64,000 bases of DNA, from contig CAZXHT010000003.1 in the NCBI GenBank assembly GCA_964640665.1, positions 66,468-130,467 on the forward strand, given 5' to 3'. The position numbers and the translations under genes are program-made. Shown piece after piece: positions 63,750-64,000 of the stretch. Position 1 is the first letter of the stretch. The number at the start of each line of letters is the position of its first letter. The notes beneath the pieces were generated by a model. It made no database searches. It was not told the origin of the DNA and worked only from the letters and a program-made list of their open reading frames with translations. The stretch is from an uncultured Myxococcales bacterium (GTDB lineage: Bacteria; Myxococcota; B64-G9).

Positions 63750-64000
63750 GCCAACCTCGCATCGGCGTCCAGGCCGGCGCCGTCATCGCGGCCCGAGGCC
63801 AGGTAGGCGCTTCCCAGGGCCGCTACCATTGCGGCGTTGTCTGTGCACAGTTCGACGGGGGGAAAACAGACCTCGACATCATCAGCCGCGGCGCGCTCGA
63901 TCATCACCTTCCGCAGGCGCAGGTTGGCGGCCACCCCTCCCGCTACCAGGATCGTCGTGAGTTTCTCCTGGCGCGCGGCCAGCAAAGCCTTTCTCACCAG
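63734..64000 (-). CDS. tsaD: tRNA N6-adenosine threonylcarbamoyltransferase TsaD (C-terminal part; the gene continues beyond the window end)
   Basis: LVAGGVAANLRLR and CTDNAAMVA blocks typical of the Kae1/TsaD C-terminus. The frame is open to position 64000. Confidence 0.7.
   Translation of the reverse strand: MVRKALLAARQEKLTTILVAGGVAANLRLRKVMIERAAADDVEVCFPPVELCTDNAAMVAALGSAYLASGRDDGAGLDADARLAWPSA

Noticed and set aside
1-64000. CRISPR arrays, rRNA, tRNA, integrase/transposase genes
   Set aside because: No regularly spaced short repeats were found. No rRNA-like conserved blocks, no tRNA cloverleaf candidates in intergenic regions, and no recombinase-like ORFs were seen.

Overview
This is a 64 kb high-GC contig of about 65-68 % GC. 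Several features point to Myxococcota. Two secreted proteins end in MYXO-CTERM-like sorting signals (GCGC ... hydrophobic ... RRK/RWMR). There are many Myxococcus-type cysteine-rich repeat modules, a PEGA-domain Ser/Thr kinase, and a RomR-like response regulator. I recognise about 53 genes and found no rRNA, tRNA or CRISPR arrays.

Main blocks, left to right:
(i) Outer-membrane beta-barrel genes, a neutral-ceramidase-like gene and a GH4 6-phospho-beta-glucosidase. A predicted pseudokinase with a PEGA domain and a REC-DUF4388-J-domain-TPR protein are translationally coupled to them.
(ii) Tandem deoxynucleoside kinases, a TonB-dependent receptor, a LarA-like gene and an Nramp-like transporter.
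(iii) Lipoprotein operons: TPR / zinc ribbon / lipoprotein; an HExxH lipoprotein; FadL-like / HEAT-repeat.
(iv) A roughly 1 kb low-GC islet (about 45 % GC) carrying a hicA-hicB toxin-antitoxin pair. It has its own sigma70-like promoter with an overlapping palindrome and is flanked by imperfect 13-bp direct repeats.
(v) A TPM-domain pair, an acyltransferase-lipase pair, a RomR-like regulator with perfect 15-bp tandem repeats, then valS-nadC-birA.
(vi) A long minus-strand gene string: comEC, a complete molybdenum-hydroxylase cluster (MocA-like, FAD subunit, XdhC, 2Fe-2S subunit, Mo subunit) and a YgfK-like fused GltD/PreT + PreA Fe-S flavoprotein.
(vii) Two very large secreted cysteine-repeat proteins. 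One is 1026 aa with a Vgb-like beta-propeller. The other is 1917 aa: S8 protease, PKD-like domain, three CUB-like domains, more than 20 cysteine-rich repeats and a MYXO-CTERM tail.
(viii) suhB-like, panC with a Lys/Arg-rich N-terminal extension, ksgA and a partial tsaD.

The candidates I find most interesting are the Mo-hydroxylase/YgfK-like operon of unknown substrate, the giant protease-CUB-Cys-repeat surface protein, the pseudokinase + REC-J-domain pair, and the hicAB islet.
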